This document shows positions 26,031-35,365 of a DNA stretch of 58,734 nt, piece by piece. Where the stretch lies: contig JAFIFN010000005.1 in NCBI GenBank assembly GCA_020832005.1, positions 1-58,734 on the forward strand, written 5' to 3'. Positions within the stretch are counted from its first letter, which is position 1. Every line of letters begins with the position of its first letter. A program made the translations under genes and the position numbers. The DNA comes from Gammaproteobacteria bacterium (lineage in GTDB: Bacteria > Pseudomonadota > Gammaproteobacteria > Steroidobacterales > PWYM01). Under the pieces are notes generated by a model. It ran no database searches and was not told where the DNA came from. It worked only from the letters and a program-made list of their open reading frames with translations.

Positions 26031-26701
26031 TGAAACACAGAACGACACGAGGGGTACTGCTGTACCAGGGTCCGGATGGGCAGGAGCGAGGTCGCGAGGT
26101 TTTTGCGGTCACGGTGCATGGCGATGGGCGCCGGATTCTGCGCGCCCAGTCCGAGATTGACGAAGGCGAAATCCTGCGTGATGTCGTCTACACCGTGAGT
26201 GCGGACTGGCGGCCGATCGAGGCATTTGTGCGCCTGACTGTTCTGGATCGTTTCCAGGGCAGTGGCTGGCTCCTGTTCGATGAAGGCGGCGCGAGTTGCG
26301 AAGCGCTCACCCGGGAAGACGGGCGCGTGTCGCAGCGGCTCGACACCGCGACACCGCCGCTATGTTTTGGCAGTCATCCCATCTCCGGAGATGCCTGGAT
26401 GCTCACGCCCTTCGACATGTCACGGCGCAGCGAGTCGCAGCGCATTGAACCGGCGCTGATGAGCTCGCTTGCCTTCAATGGCGCCACTGGGCCGCGACTG
26501 CATCAATTGGGCTATGGTCTGGCGTTTCGCGGTGAAGAGACGCTGGATGTGCCCGCCGGGCGGATCGATACCTGGAAGTTCGAGTTTCTGCTGGCAGGCA
26601 GCGAGGTCGATGGACATCCGCCTTACCATGTCTGGGTGAGTGCCGATGGTGACTACATCATCGTCAAGGCCGAGGTTGGGACTACGCGCCATTACACCTA
26701 A
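26024..26701 (+). CDS. uncharacterised protein, paralog A (homolog of 41743..42486)
   Basis: GQERGREVFAVTVHGDGRRILRAQSEIDEGEILRDVVYTVSADWRPIEAFVRLTVLDRFQGSGW aligns with GQERGREYFLISTHSDGRRTASAHCEIDDRPCVMRDIVYGLDADWMPTDCSVRLSVGDRFMGSAW. The start (ATG 26024 or 26030) overlaps the SDR stop (TGATG). Confidence 0.65.
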   Translation: MVMKHRTTRGVLLYQGPDGQERGREVFAVTVHGDGRRILRAQSEIDEGEILRDVVYTVSADWRPIEAFVRLTVLDRFQGSGWLLFDEGGASCEALTREDGRVSQRLDTATPPLCFGSHPISGDAWMLTPFDMSRRSESQRIEPALMSSLAFNGATGPRLHQLGYGLAFRGEETLDVPAGRIDTWKFEFLLAGSEVDGHPPYHVWVSADGDYIIVKAEVGTTRHYT

Positions 26702-26754
26702 CTGTTGCGAGATTTGACGAAATCCTGATTCTTAAAGTCACGGCCCCGCCGAGC

Positions 26755-27384
26755 TCAGTCCGGCAGCTTGAAATCTGCACGCAATGCCATGGCGCGACGC
26801 ACGGCGGGCCGCGCGCCGACGAGTTCGGCCCAGCGCCGTATGTGCTCATAGTCGTCGAGTGCGCCCGGCAGGCGGGCCGCTGAGCTCGCCGCGACCGGAT
26901 AGCCCAGTGCATCGGCCAGGGTATAGGTGTCGCCGGCGAGGTAGGCATGTCCCGCCAACCTTGCGTCGAGCACCTTTAGCAGCCTGGCAATCTGCTCATT
27001 GAAATAGCGGATCGGAAATTCGAGTTTCTCGGGCGCCATGACGTTGAAGATGAACTGGCCGGTGAATGCCGGGCCGAGGTCGGAGGCAATGATGCCGGCC
27101 CACTGGTACGCCTCTGCGCGCTGTTGGAGCGTCTCGCCCAGCAGGCTGGCGTGCTTGTCGGCCAGATACAGGGCGATGGCCATCGTACCGTAGACGGTGC
27201 TGCCGGTTGCGTGGTCGACAATCGCGGGCACTTTGCCCACCGGATTGACCGCAAGATACTCCTCCGAGAGGTGCTCGCCCTGCATCATATTGACCGGGCG
27301 CAAGCTGTATTGCTCACCAGTCTCCTCGACCATGATGGCGGCGCGCTGGCCGTTCGCCGTGGGTACCCAGTACAGATCGATCAT
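26755..27384 (-). CDS. glutathione S-transferase
   Basis: MIDLYWVPTANGQRAAIMVEE...NPVGKVPAIVD...IALYLA (thioredoxin-like N-domain) plus a helical C-domain. Confidence 0.85.
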   Translation of the reverse strand: MIDLYWVPTANGQRAAIMVEETGEQYSLRPVNMMQGEHLSEEYLAVNPVGKVPAIVDHATGSTVYGTMAIALYLADKHASLLGETLQQRAEAYQWAGIIASDLGPAFTGQFIFNVMAPEKLEFPIRYFNEQIARLLKVLDARLAGHAYLAGDTYTLADALGYPVAASSAARLPGALDDYEHIRRWAELVGARPAVRRAMALRADFKLPD

Positions 27385-27399
27385 TGCGGGTTTGTCCTT

Positions 27400-28266
27400 T
27401 TAGCTATCGATGGCCCGACCGCGCTTGCGCGCTGCGACCGCAATGCCGTCGCCCAGCAGGTTGGCTGTCACGACGGCCAGCACGATTGCGCCCGCTGGCA
27501 CGAAAAGCATCCATGGCGCGCGAAACAGGAACTGGCGACTTTCCGCGAGCATGTTGCCCCAGGTCGGATCACCCAGCGGGGCACCGATGCCCAGGAAAGA
27601 CAGTGCGCTCTCTGCAATCAACATGTCGGCGAAATGAAATGCCAGCATGACAAGCAGCGTGGCGCGCAGGCCGGGCAACACGTGGCCGAGGAGAATACGA
27701 AAACGGCTCACGCCGAGCATGCGCGCAGCAAGTACGTAGTCGCGCTCCATCAGCGACAACGACTCTGCGTACACCACACGCGCGAACACCGGCCAGGTCA
27801 GCAGTCCGAGTGTCAGCACCAGCGGCCAGAAGCCCTGGCCGACGACAGCAATCACACAAATGGCGGCGACGAGGCCGGGAAAGGCAAGCACGAGATCCAC
27901 GATCTGGCGGATGACCCCGCGCAGACGTCCATGACTTTCGGCTGCCAACAGCCCGAATACCGTACCGATCACAGCTGCAATCAACGTGGCGGTGAGCGCG
28001 CACGACAGCGACCAGGCCAGCCCGGCAACGGCCCGCGACCACATGTCGCGACCGAGGTTGTCCGTGCCCAGCCAGTGCGCCTCGCTGCCGGGCGCAGCAA
28101 AGCGCACCATCAGGTCACCGTACATCGGATCATGGGTCTGGACGAATTGGCTGAACAGGGTGAGCAACAGCAATGCGCCAGCCATGGCGCCACCCAGCCA
28201 CAGTTCGAGCGTCCCGCCGAGGCGCAGGCGTGAACGTTGCAGGCGTTTTTCTGCGCTGATGACCAT
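27400..28266 (-). CDS. ABC transporter permease, DppC/OppC type
   Basis: WLGTDNLGRDMWSR and the EAA-loop region ERDYVLAARMLGVSRFRILLGHVLP. Start moved to M12 (ATG 28266, 1 nt after the upstream stop). Confidence 0.85.
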   Translation of the reverse strand: MVISAEKRLQRSRLRLGGTLELWLGGAMAGALLLLTLFSQFVQTHDPMYGDLMVRFAAPGSEAHWLGTDNLGRDMWSRAVAGLAWSLSCALTATLIAAVIGTVFGLLAAESHGRLRGVIRQIVDLVLAFPGLVAAICVIAVVGQGFWPLVLTLGLLTWPVFARVVYAESLSLMERDYVLAARMLGVSRFRILLGHVLPGLRATLLVMLAFHFADMLIAESALSFLGIGAPLGDPTWGNMLAESRQFLFRAPWMLFVPAGAIVLAVVTANLLGDGIAVAARKRGRAIDS

Positions 28267-28267
28267 G

Positions 28268-29191
28268 TCAGGCCGGCGCCTTCTTGAGGCGTGGGTCAAG
28301 CACCTGGAATGCCAGGTCAGTGAGCAGGTTGATTACAAAGACCAGCACTGCAATGACGATCGCGATGGCCTGGACGACAGGAAAATCCAGAGTCTGGGTC
28401 GATTCGATCAACAGCCAGCCGATCCCGGGCCAGGAGAAGATGATTTCAATCACCACGGTACCCGAGATGAGAAAGGCGAACTGGGTGCCAACAAGCGCAG
28501 TGGCGCCAAGCAAGGCATTGGGCAGGGCATAACGCGTCAGCAGTTCGCGCGAACGCACGCCATTGGCGCGCGCGGTACGAATGTAATCCTCGCGCATGGC
28601 TTCGGCGACATTGGCTGCAAGTACGCGCGTGAGTTTGGGAATGAGGAATGCGCCCAGCGATATGGTAGGCAGAATCCAGTGCTGAACCGTACCGTAGCCC
28701 AGCGATGGCAACCAGCCCAGATTGACCGCGAATATCTGGATGGCAACCAGCCCAACGACGAAGCCGGGCACCCCCTGACCTATGAACACCAGCCAGGCGG
28801 TGAAGCGGCGCGACGGTGCATCCGGACGGTAGCCCAGCCATGCGCCCAGCGGGATCGATACGATCAAGGTGAATCCCATGGCCAGGAACGTCAGCAGCAG
28901 CGTCGCCGGCAGCATCGACATGACCTTTTCCATGGCTGGCACGCCACTGGCCAGGGACTGGCCGAAATCCAGCATCAGCACGTTGCGAAGATAGACCAGG
29001 AACTGCTGCCAGACGGGCTTGTCCAGGCCGTACTGCACACGCAGCGCGTCGATCTGCTCCAGCGTCGCATCCGGTCCGGCCATGACGATGGCCGGATCCC
29101 CCGCCAGCCGCAACATGAAGAACAGCACCAGCGTCAGGCCGAAAAGCAGGATCGCCAGATCGCGAAGGCGCTTTACGATGGTGGAGGTCAT
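28268..29191 (-). CDS. ABC transporter permease, DppB/OppB type
   Basis: IVKRLRDLAILLFGLTLVLFFMLRLAGDP... and EDYIRTARANGVRSRELLTRYALPNAL (EAA loop). Confidence 0.85.
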   Translation of the reverse strand: MTSTIVKRLRDLAILLFGLTLVLFFMLRLAGDPAIVMAGPDATLEQIDALRVQYGLDKPVWQQFLVYLRNVLMLDFGQSLASGVPAMEKVMSMLPATLLLTFLAMGFTLIVSIPLGAWLGYRPDAPSRRFTAWLVFIGQGVPGFVVGLVAIQIFAVNLGWLPSLGYGTVQHWILPTISLGAFLIPKLTRVLAANVAEAMREDYIRTARANGVRSRELLTRYALPNALLGATALVGTQFAFLISGTVVIEIIFSWPGIGWLLIESTQTLDFPVVQAIAIVIAVLVFVINLLTDLAFQVLDPRLKKAPA

Positions 29192-29200
29192 CGTCGAGGA

Positions 29201-30718
29201 TCAGCCCCTGCCGAAGCTGCCGACAGGTATGTCGGTCAGAGGAATCGTCGTCGTCTTGGCCTCGGTAAAGAAGTGCAGGCTGTCATTCATGCCATCGCGC
29301 CCTATGCCCGATTCCTTGAAGCCACCGAAGGGCGCGCGCAGCTCACGCATCATCGGCGTGTTCACCCAGACGGTTCCGGCGCGGATGTCGCGGCTGCAAC
29401 GCATGACCGTCGGCAGATCATCGGACCAGACGTAGGCGACCAGCCCGAAGTTCGAATCGTTGGCGATGCTGATGGCCTCGTCCGTGGTGTCGAAGCTCAG
29501 GAAGGTGGCGAAAGGTCCGAAGATTTCCTCCTGGGCTACGCGGCTGCGATTGCTCGGTGCATGCACCGCCGTAGGCAGGACATACAGCCCACGATCGAAG
29601 CCGGGTGCCCGCTCGCCGCCCACCAGCACCCTGGCCCCGTCTGCACGCGCGATCTCGGCATAGGAGAGGACCCGTTCCATGTGCCCGCGATAACACAGGG
29701 GGCCGATCTCGGTGGCCGAATCGAACGGGTCGCCAACGCGGATATTGCGAGCGCGCTCGGCGAAACGCTGCATGAACTCCTCGGCAATGGTTTTCTGCAC
29801 AAGAATGCGTGAACCTGCCAGGCATTGCTGACCGTTGTTGGCAAAAATGCCCGTCAGCGCGCCATCGAGTGCGCGCTCAAGATCAGCGCTGGCAAATATG
29901 ATGTTTGCCGATTTTCCGCCGAGCTCCAGGATGGCCGGCTTGAGTGCCTTGCCCGCCGCAGACATGATCGCCTTCCCGGTTTCCGTACCCCCGGTGAATC
30001 CGACCATGTCGATCTCGGGGTGAGATACGAGGCTTGTGCCGGTGACCGCGCCACGACCATTCACCAGGTTCACAACCCCAGGCGGAAGACCCGCCTCGTG
30101 CATCAGTTCCACCATGCGATAGATCGACAGCGGCGTGTACTCCGATGGCTTGAGCACGCAGGTATTGCCGAATGCGATACACGTGACCACTCGCATCGAG
30201 GCAAGCGCCAACGGCGCATTCCAGGGGGCGATCATCGCGCCGACGCCTTTCGGCTGGCGGGTGACGTAGGTCAGGTAGCGACTGTCCTGAGTATAGGTTT
30301 CGCCCGAGACGGTGCTGATAACCTCTGCGAAGAACTCGAAGTTCTTGGCCATGCGCTCGATATGGCGTTCGATGTTCGCCAGAGTGAGGCCGGTGTTCAT
30401 GGTCTCCAGGTAGCCAAGCTCGGCGCTGTTGGCACGCAGAATGTCGCGAATGCCATACAACACATCTTTGCGCTGGTCGACGTCCATCCGCGGCCACGGG
30501 CCGTGTTCGAAAGCATCGCGGGCGGAGCGCACGGCTGCGTCGACCTGCGCCGCGTCTGCTTCACGCAAGTGGCTGATGGTCTCTTCGGTCGCCGGGTTGA
30601 TTACCGGAATGTCGTATCCCGCCTCACACAGGGCCGCTTGCCCGTGGATGAAGCTCGGAATGCGCGCGGGGATGGCAAATTCTGGGCGCGACGTGCCAGC
30701 AGCGTCAGCTGTCTTCAA
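29201..30718 (-). CDS. NAD(P)-dependent aldehyde dehydrogenase
   Basis: ILELGGKSANIIF (catalytic Glu block), FANNGQQCLAGSRILV (catalytic Cys) and EEIFGPF. I prefer the TTG at 30718 (GGAG 8 nt upstream) over the ATG at 30799; this gives about 505 aa. Confidence 0.85.
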   Translation of the reverse strand: MKTADAAGTSRPEFAIPARIPSFIHGQAALCEAGYDIPVINPATEETISHLREADAAQVDAAVRSARDAFEHGPWPRMDVDQRKDVLYGIRDILRANSAELGYLETMNTGLTLANIERHIERMAKNFEFFAEVISTVSGETYTQDSRYLTYVTRQPKGVGAMIAPWNAPLALASMRVVTCIAFGNTCVLKPSEYTPLSIYRMVELMHEAGLPPGVVNLVNGRGAVTGTSLVSHPEIDMVGFTGGTETGKAIMSAAGKALKPAILELGGKSANIIFASADLERALDGALTGIFANNGQQCLAGSRILVQKTIAEEFMQRFAERARNIRVGDPFDSATEIGPLCYRGHMERVLSYAEIARADGARVLVGGERAPGFDRGLYVLPTAVHAPSNRSRVAQEEIFGPFATFLSFDTTDEAISIANDSNFGLVAYVWSDDLPTVMRCSRDIRAGTVWVNTPMMRELRAPFGGFKESGIGRDGMNDSLHFFTEAKTTTIPLTDIPVGSFGRG

Positions 30719-30851
30719 TGAGAATTCTCCTGATCCGAGCGTGTTGGGCTGCCGCTTGCGCGCGCCCGCTCGCAGCCAGGATTCGGCTGCCAGGATCACG
30801 CAAGGACAGGGAGTCTGAGGTTTGGGCGATTATATCTTTTGCTTTCCAGCT

Positions 30852-30861
30852 ATGTATACAA
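30852..30861. promoter_or_regulatory. ATGTATACAA, candidate GntR/FadR-type operator
   Basis: Lies in the divergent region between the ALDH gene (start 30718, minus) and dctQ (start 30941, plus), 80-89 nt upstream of dctQ. It shares the extended GTATACAATC with the 16293 and 16381 sites. Confidence 0.45.
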
Positions 30862-30940
30862 TCCGCCGGAATTCTTCGTGCCGCCAGCAACCACGCGGGC
30901 ACGGCAGCTTACGACAGGAACCGGGAGGGCGGACAGAGCC

Positions 30941-31528
30941 ATGGGTCAACCTCCAGCGATGCAACGGATGTTGCTGCGGCTGCAGGCGGCAGAACGTGGC
31001 ATTACGTTCTTTGCGTTCTGCGTCATGATCGCAATCGTATTCGCGGACGTTGCGGTGCGCGAGGTGACGGGCAGCGGGCTGCACTGGGCCCGCCAGATCG
31101 GCGTGTACGCCAATATCTTCGTGGTCATGCTGGGTTTCGGCCTGGCCTCCGCCGAAGCCGCTCACCTGCGGCCACGCTTTGCGGACAGCTGGGTCCCCAA
31201 GCGTCTGGAGCGCTTCATGCCGCATGTGCAGGAGGGCCTGATGAGCCTGTTCTGCATTGCGGTCGCCGTAGTTGCAGTCATTGTCGTGATGGAGACCTTT
31301 GAACTCCAGGAACGCTCGGTGGTGCTGCGGCTGCTGGTCTGGCCGGTGCAGGCGGTGATTCCGCTGGCTTTTCTCATTGCCGCGTTCCGGCATGGCTGCT
31401 ATGCGATCTGGCCAGCCCTTGCCCCTCAGCCCCCCTCGAAGATCGAGGCTGCAGCCGCCGCGGTCGCAACCCCTGCCACGCCCATTGACGCGGTCGAGTC
31501 CCGACCCGACGACAAGGACGTTCGCTGA
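30941..31528 (+). CDS. dctQ: TRAP transporter small permease
   Basis: Four TM segments (ITFFAFCVMIAIVFADV..., IGVYANIFVVMLGFGL...) immediately upstream of, and overlapping, dctM. Start moved to M35 (GGGAGGG upstream). It has a roughly 35-aa Ala/Pro-rich C-terminal tail. Confidence 0.75.
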   Translation: MGQPPAMQRMLLRLQAAERGITFFAFCVMIAIVFADVAVREVTGSGLHWARQIGVYANIFVVMLGFGLASAEAAHLRPRFADSWVPKRLERFMPHVQEGLMSLFCIAVAVVAVIVVMETFELQERSVVLRLLVWPVQAVIPLAFLIAAFRHGCYAIWPALAPQPPSKIEAAAAAVATPATPIDAVESRPDDKDVR

Positions 31529-32790
31529 TGGAAGTCGTCGGCCTCATCGCAATGGTATTGGCGCTGTTCGTCCTGCGTCAGAACCTTGTCGTCGTGCTGG
31601 GCATGACGGCCGCCTACGCCTATCTGGTCTGGGGTGACGGGGCGGTCGCCAATATCATCATCGATGCCTGGGATGCCCTGAATCGCGAAGTGCTGCTGTC
31701 GATTCCGCTGTATATCCTGGCCGGCAGCATCATGTCGCGAGGGACCATGGCGCAGCGCCTGATTCGGCTGATGCGCGCCCTGACCGCGCCGATCCCGGGA
31801 GGACTGGCGATTGCCACGGTCCTGTCATGCGCGGTCTTTGCGGCCATCTCAGGCTCCTCGGTGGTCACGCTGCTGGCCGTGGGCTCGGTGATGTATCCGG
31901 CGCTGCTGCAGGCCGGCTACTCAAAGTCCTTTGCGCTGGGTTCGCTGTGTGCGGCGGGAACACTGGGCATCATCGTGCCGCCGAGCATTCCACTGATTCT
32001 CTACGGCGTCATGACCCAGACCTCCATCGCGGACCTGTTCATCGCCGGCATTGGTCCCGCACTGTTGCTGGTACTGTTGATGAGCGCGTATGCGATCACC
32101 CGCAACTGGCGGTTGCGAACCGGCAGCTGGAGCCTGCGCGAGATCTGGCTGTCACTGCGTCATGGCATCTGGGCCCTGTTCATGCCCGTGCTCATTCTTG
32201 GCGGTATCTACAGCGGCTACTTCACAGCAACCGAGTCGGCGGCGGTCGCAGTGGTCTACGCGATCTTCGTCGAGCTGGCGATTCACCGGGAACTGGGCCT
32301 GCGTGGCATGTATGACACGTTTGCAGAGACCACCAAACTGCTGGGCGCGCTGTTTCCGGTGCTGATGTTCGCATTGGCGCTGAATGTCTTCCTGACCTAC
32401 GAACAGGTCCCGGAGATGCTTGTTCGCTGGTTGAATACGATCATCACCGACAGGGCCAGTTTCCTCATAGTCATGAACATTTTCCTGCTGATCATCGGCT
32501 GCGTGATGGATATCGGCTCTGCGATCCTGATTCTCTCGCCGATCCTGCAGCCGATCGCCGAGGCACAGGGCATCGATCCGGTGCATTTCGGCATCATCAT
32601 GATCGTGAATCTCGAAATCGGTTACCTGACGCCGCCGCTCGGGCTGAACATCATCGTCGCGATGAGCGCGTTTCGCGAGGAGTTCTGGACCATCTGCAGG
32701 GCGGTGCTGCCGTTTCTTGTATTGATGGTCATTGGCCTGATCGTGGTAACGTTCTGGCCTGATCTGTCTTTGTATCTGGTGCGGCGCTAG
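31528..32790 (+). CDS. dctM: TRAP transporter large permease
   Basis: 420 aa, polytopic. LSIPLYILAGSIMSRG...IFAAISGSSVVT...LGIIVPPSIPLILYG are typical DctM blocks. ATGA overlap with dctQ. Confidence 0.9.
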   Translation: MEVVGLIAMVLALFVLRQNLVVVLGMTAAYAYLVWGDGAVANIIIDAWDALNREVLLSIPLYILAGSIMSRGTMAQRLIRLMRALTAPIPGGLAIATVLSCAVFAAISGSSVVTLLAVGSVMYPALLQAGYSKSFALGSLCAAGTLGIIVPPSIPLILYGVMTQTSIADLFIAGIGPALLLVLLMSAYAITRNWRLRTGSWSLREIWLSLRHGIWALFMPVLILGGIYSGYFTATESAAVAVVYAIFVELAIHRELGLRGMYDTFAETTKLLGALFPVLMFALALNVFLTYEQVPEMLVRWLNTIITDRASFLIVMNIFLLIIGCVMDIGSAILILSPILQPIAEAQGIDPVHFGIIMIVNLEIGYLTPPLGLNIIVAMSAFREEFWTICRAVLPFLVLMVIGLIVVTFWPDLSLYLVRR

Positions 32791-32838
32791 GGTTGCATTC
32801 TGTCGCGCGCGCCATCCACACCATCGAGGAGTAACAAC

Positions 32839-33321
32839 ATGAGCATAAAAACCGGAGATCGCATGCCCGAGGGCAAGTTCGGCGTCATGGGTGCAAATGG
32901 CCCGGAGAGCATTACCACCGATTCGCTGTTCAAGGGGCGCCGGGTGGTGCTGTTTTCGGTGCCCGGCGCGTTTACCCCGACCTGTTCGGCCAAGCACCTG
33001 CCGGGCTTTGTCGAGCATGCTGACGCTCTGAAATCGAAGGGTGTCGATACGATCGCCTGTATTGCCGTCAACGACACTTTCGTCATGGATGCCTGGGGTA
33101 AAAGCGCTGCCTGTGGCGACAAGGTCATGATGCTCGCGGACGGCAATGCCGAGTACACCAAAAAGCTCGGACTGGAACTCGACGCCAGCGGTTTCGGTAT
33201 GGGTACGAGGGGGCAGCGCTTTTCGCTGATCGTCAACGATGGTGTCGTCGAGCAGGTCAATATCGAAGGTCCGGGCGAGTTCAAGGTCAGCTCCGCCGAA
33301 CACGCACTGAGCCAGCTCTAG
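32839..33321 (+). CDS. peroxiredoxin, Prx5 subfamily
   Basis: VVLFSVPGAFTPTCSAKHLPGF carries the PGAFTPTCS peroxidatic-Cys motif of Prx5-type enzymes. Confidence 0.9.
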   Translation: MSIKTGDRMPEGKFGVMGANGPESITTDSLFKGRRVVLFSVPGAFTPTCSAKHLPGFVEHADALKSKGVDTIACIAVNDTFVMDAWGKSAACGDKVMMLADGNAEYTKKLGLELDASGFGMGTRGQRFSLIVNDGVVEQVNIEGPGEFKVSSAEHALSQL

Positions 33322-33337
33322 AGTCGAGGACGCGCCG

Positions 33338-34009
33338 ATGGATCCGCAATGGCTGGTGCTCGCCCACCTGCTCCTGTTCGTGTACTGGCTGGGTGGCGAC
33401 CTGGGCGTGTTCTACTCAAGTCGTTTCGTCACCAATCCGGCGCTTGGCACCGAGGCACGCGCGACCGCCGCGCATATCATGCTGGCGGTGGATCTGGCGC
33501 CGAGGATCTGCATGATCCTGATCCTGCCGGTCGGTCTGACCCTGGCGGCGATGACCTGGGGTCTGGATCTGTCGGGCCTGCTACTGACGCTGATATGGCT
33601 GGGTTGCCTGGTGTGGCTGGTGCTGGCTGTGTCCATTTACCTGCGTGAGGGCTCGGCCCTGGCGCACCTGCTTGCGCGCATCGACCAGGCAATCCGCTGG
33701 TTCGTCATCGTCGTTGTCGGCGGCGTGGCGCTCTGGTCGCTGGTGGCCGATGGCCCCCTGGCGGGGCAGTTCTGGCTTGCCGCGAAGATGCTGATCTTCG
33801 CGCTGCTGGTGATCTGCGGGCTGGGCATCCGTGCGGTGCTCAAGCCCTTCGGCCCGGCGTTCGGAAAACTCATGCGCGAGGGTTCTTCACCCGACGTGGA
33901 GGCCGATCTCGGGCGTTCCGTGGCGCGCGCCCGGCCCTTCGTGCTGGCCATCTGGGCAGGCCTCGTGCTGGCCGCAGGCCTCGGAGTGTTCAAGCCGCTG
34001 CTGGCCTAG
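33338..34009 (+). CDS. uncharacterised six-TM membrane protein, paralog 2 of 3
   Basis: MDPQWLVLAHLLLFVYWLGGDLGVF...DLAPRICMILILPVGL...FWLAAKMLIFA...GLGVFKPLLA. Last gene of the dctQM-prx operon (16-nt gap after prx). Confidence 0.75.
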   Translation: MDPQWLVLAHLLLFVYWLGGDLGVFYSSRFVTNPALGTEARATAAHIMLAVDLAPRICMILILPVGLTLAAMTWGLDLSGLLLTLIWLGCLVWLVLAVSIYLREGSALAHLLARIDQAIRWFVIVVVGGVALWSLVADGPLAGQFWLAAKMLIFALLVICGLGIRAVLKPFGPAFGKLMREGSSPDVEADLGRSVARARPFVLAIWAGLVLAAGLGVFKPLLA

Positions 34010-34063
34010 CGTCACGGACCACAGCGGCCGCGCCGGCCGAGCCGGCGCGAACATCCCGACCTT

Positions 34064-35287
34064 TCAGGGTGCGGTCTCCTCCTGGGCACCCCACGGGGCC
34101 GGCTCGCTGCCGGGGCGATGCAGCCCGGTCATGACCAGGGCCGGGATGGTCAGCAGCGTTGCCACACTCATCAGCACCAGCGGCACCAGTGCCTGGCCGC
34201 CATACAGCAGGCCGGCCAGCATCGCGAATCCGGCGCCCAGGAGCAGTCCGATGCTGCTTGACAGTCCGGCCGCGGTGCCGGCCAGCGCCGGTTGATCACC
34301 CACGGCTCCGGCAAGACCCTGGGGTCCGATGATGCCATTGCAGGCCATCAGGACGCCCAGAGGCAGCAGCAGGGACCACAGCGTCACGCCCTGGGTCGCA
34401 ATCATGATCGGCAGCACGAGGGCCACCGCACTGGCCACGATGATGCCGCCGCGCAGCGTGCGGCCAATGCCCAGGCGCCTGATCATCAGGCCGCCCAGCG
34501 CCGCGCCAGCGATATAGGTGATCGACAGGAGGCCCCATATCAGTCCGAAGGATTCGGGGCCCAGTGCAAGATCGCGTTCGAAGATGGCCGCACCGGTGGC
34601 CAGAAACGCAAAGAACGCACCATTGCAGAATCCGAAGATCAGCGTGTAGCCGATGAACGCCCGGTGCCGGAACAGCCGCGCGTAGCCGTGCATCATGTCG
34701 ATCAGCGCAAAGCGCGCGGGCGGCGGGCCACGACGCGTCTCGGGCATCCGTAACAGCACCCACAGCAGCACCAGCACGCCCATCAGCGCACTGAGCAGAA
34801 AGATCGACTGCCAACCGAACCTGGCGCCCAGGCCGCCACCGACCATGGGTGCAATCACCGGCGAGACACCCATGACCGCACTGATCCAGGCCATCGCTTC
34901 GCCACCGTCACGCCCCTCACGGGTATCTCGGACCACCGCGCGGGCGGCGACCGTGCCGACACTGACGCCCAACGCCTGAACAAAGCGTCCGAGCAGCAGC
35001 AGCCAGATGCCGGGGGCGAATGCGCAGACCAGGCTTGCGAGCACGAACACGCCGAAGCCGCCGACCAGCACCGGTCGCCGGCCGAAGCGATCACACAGCA
35101 GGCCGTGCACGGGCTGGGCGACGGTGAGTCCGATCAGATAGCTCGAAACGAGCAGCGCCGCCATCGTCTCCGTGGTGTCGAGGTCGCGCGCCAGCAGCGC
35201 CAGAACCGGCACCAGCACGGCCATGCCGAACGGCGACAGGCCACTGGCGAGCCCCAGAAGCAGCAGGGAAGGCGCAGGCCGCCGCAT
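34064..35287 (-). CDS. MFS transporter (Bcr/CflA drug-resistance type)
   Basis: [13 protein letters not shown] (MFS motif A) and 12-TM-like hydrophobicity. Start moved to M22. Confidence 0.8.
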   Translation of the reverse strand: MRRPAPSLLLLGLASGLSPFGMAVLVPVLALLARDLDTTETMAALLVSSYLIGLTVAQPVHGLLCDRFGRRPVLVGGFGVFVLASLVCAFAPGIWLLLLGRFVQALGVSVGTVAARAVVRDTREGRDGGEAMAWISAVMGVSPVIAPMVGGGLGARFGWQSIFLLSALMGVLVLLWVLLRMPETRRGPPPARFALIDMMHGYARLFRHRAFIGYTLIFGFCNGAFFAFLATGAAIFERDLALGPESFGLIWGLLSITYIAGAALGGLMIRRLGIGRTLRGGIIVASAVALVLPIMIATQGVTLWSLLLPLGVLMACNGIIGPQGLAGAVGDQPALAGTAAGLSSSIGLLLGAGFAMLAGLLYGGQALVPLVLMSVATLLTIPALVMTGLHRPGSEPAPWGAQEETAP

Positions 35288-35365
35288 AAGGGTGAGAAGG
35301 GCGCGGCAGGAAGTGCAGCACGCCCGGCGCCCGGCACGGCAGCCGGGCACCGGGGTGTGCGACCG

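Noticed and set aside
27124-29812. Long + strand ORFs (27124..28233, 27986..29812) across the permease and ALDH genes
   Set aside because: The translations are His/Arg/Gln/Gly-rich and non-protein-like. The minus strand encodes two ABC permeases and an ALDH, each with diagnostic motifs.
32152-33303. 383-aa minus-strand ORF spanning dctM and prx
   Set aside because: It crosses two well-supported + strand genes and an intergenic gap, and has no motifs.
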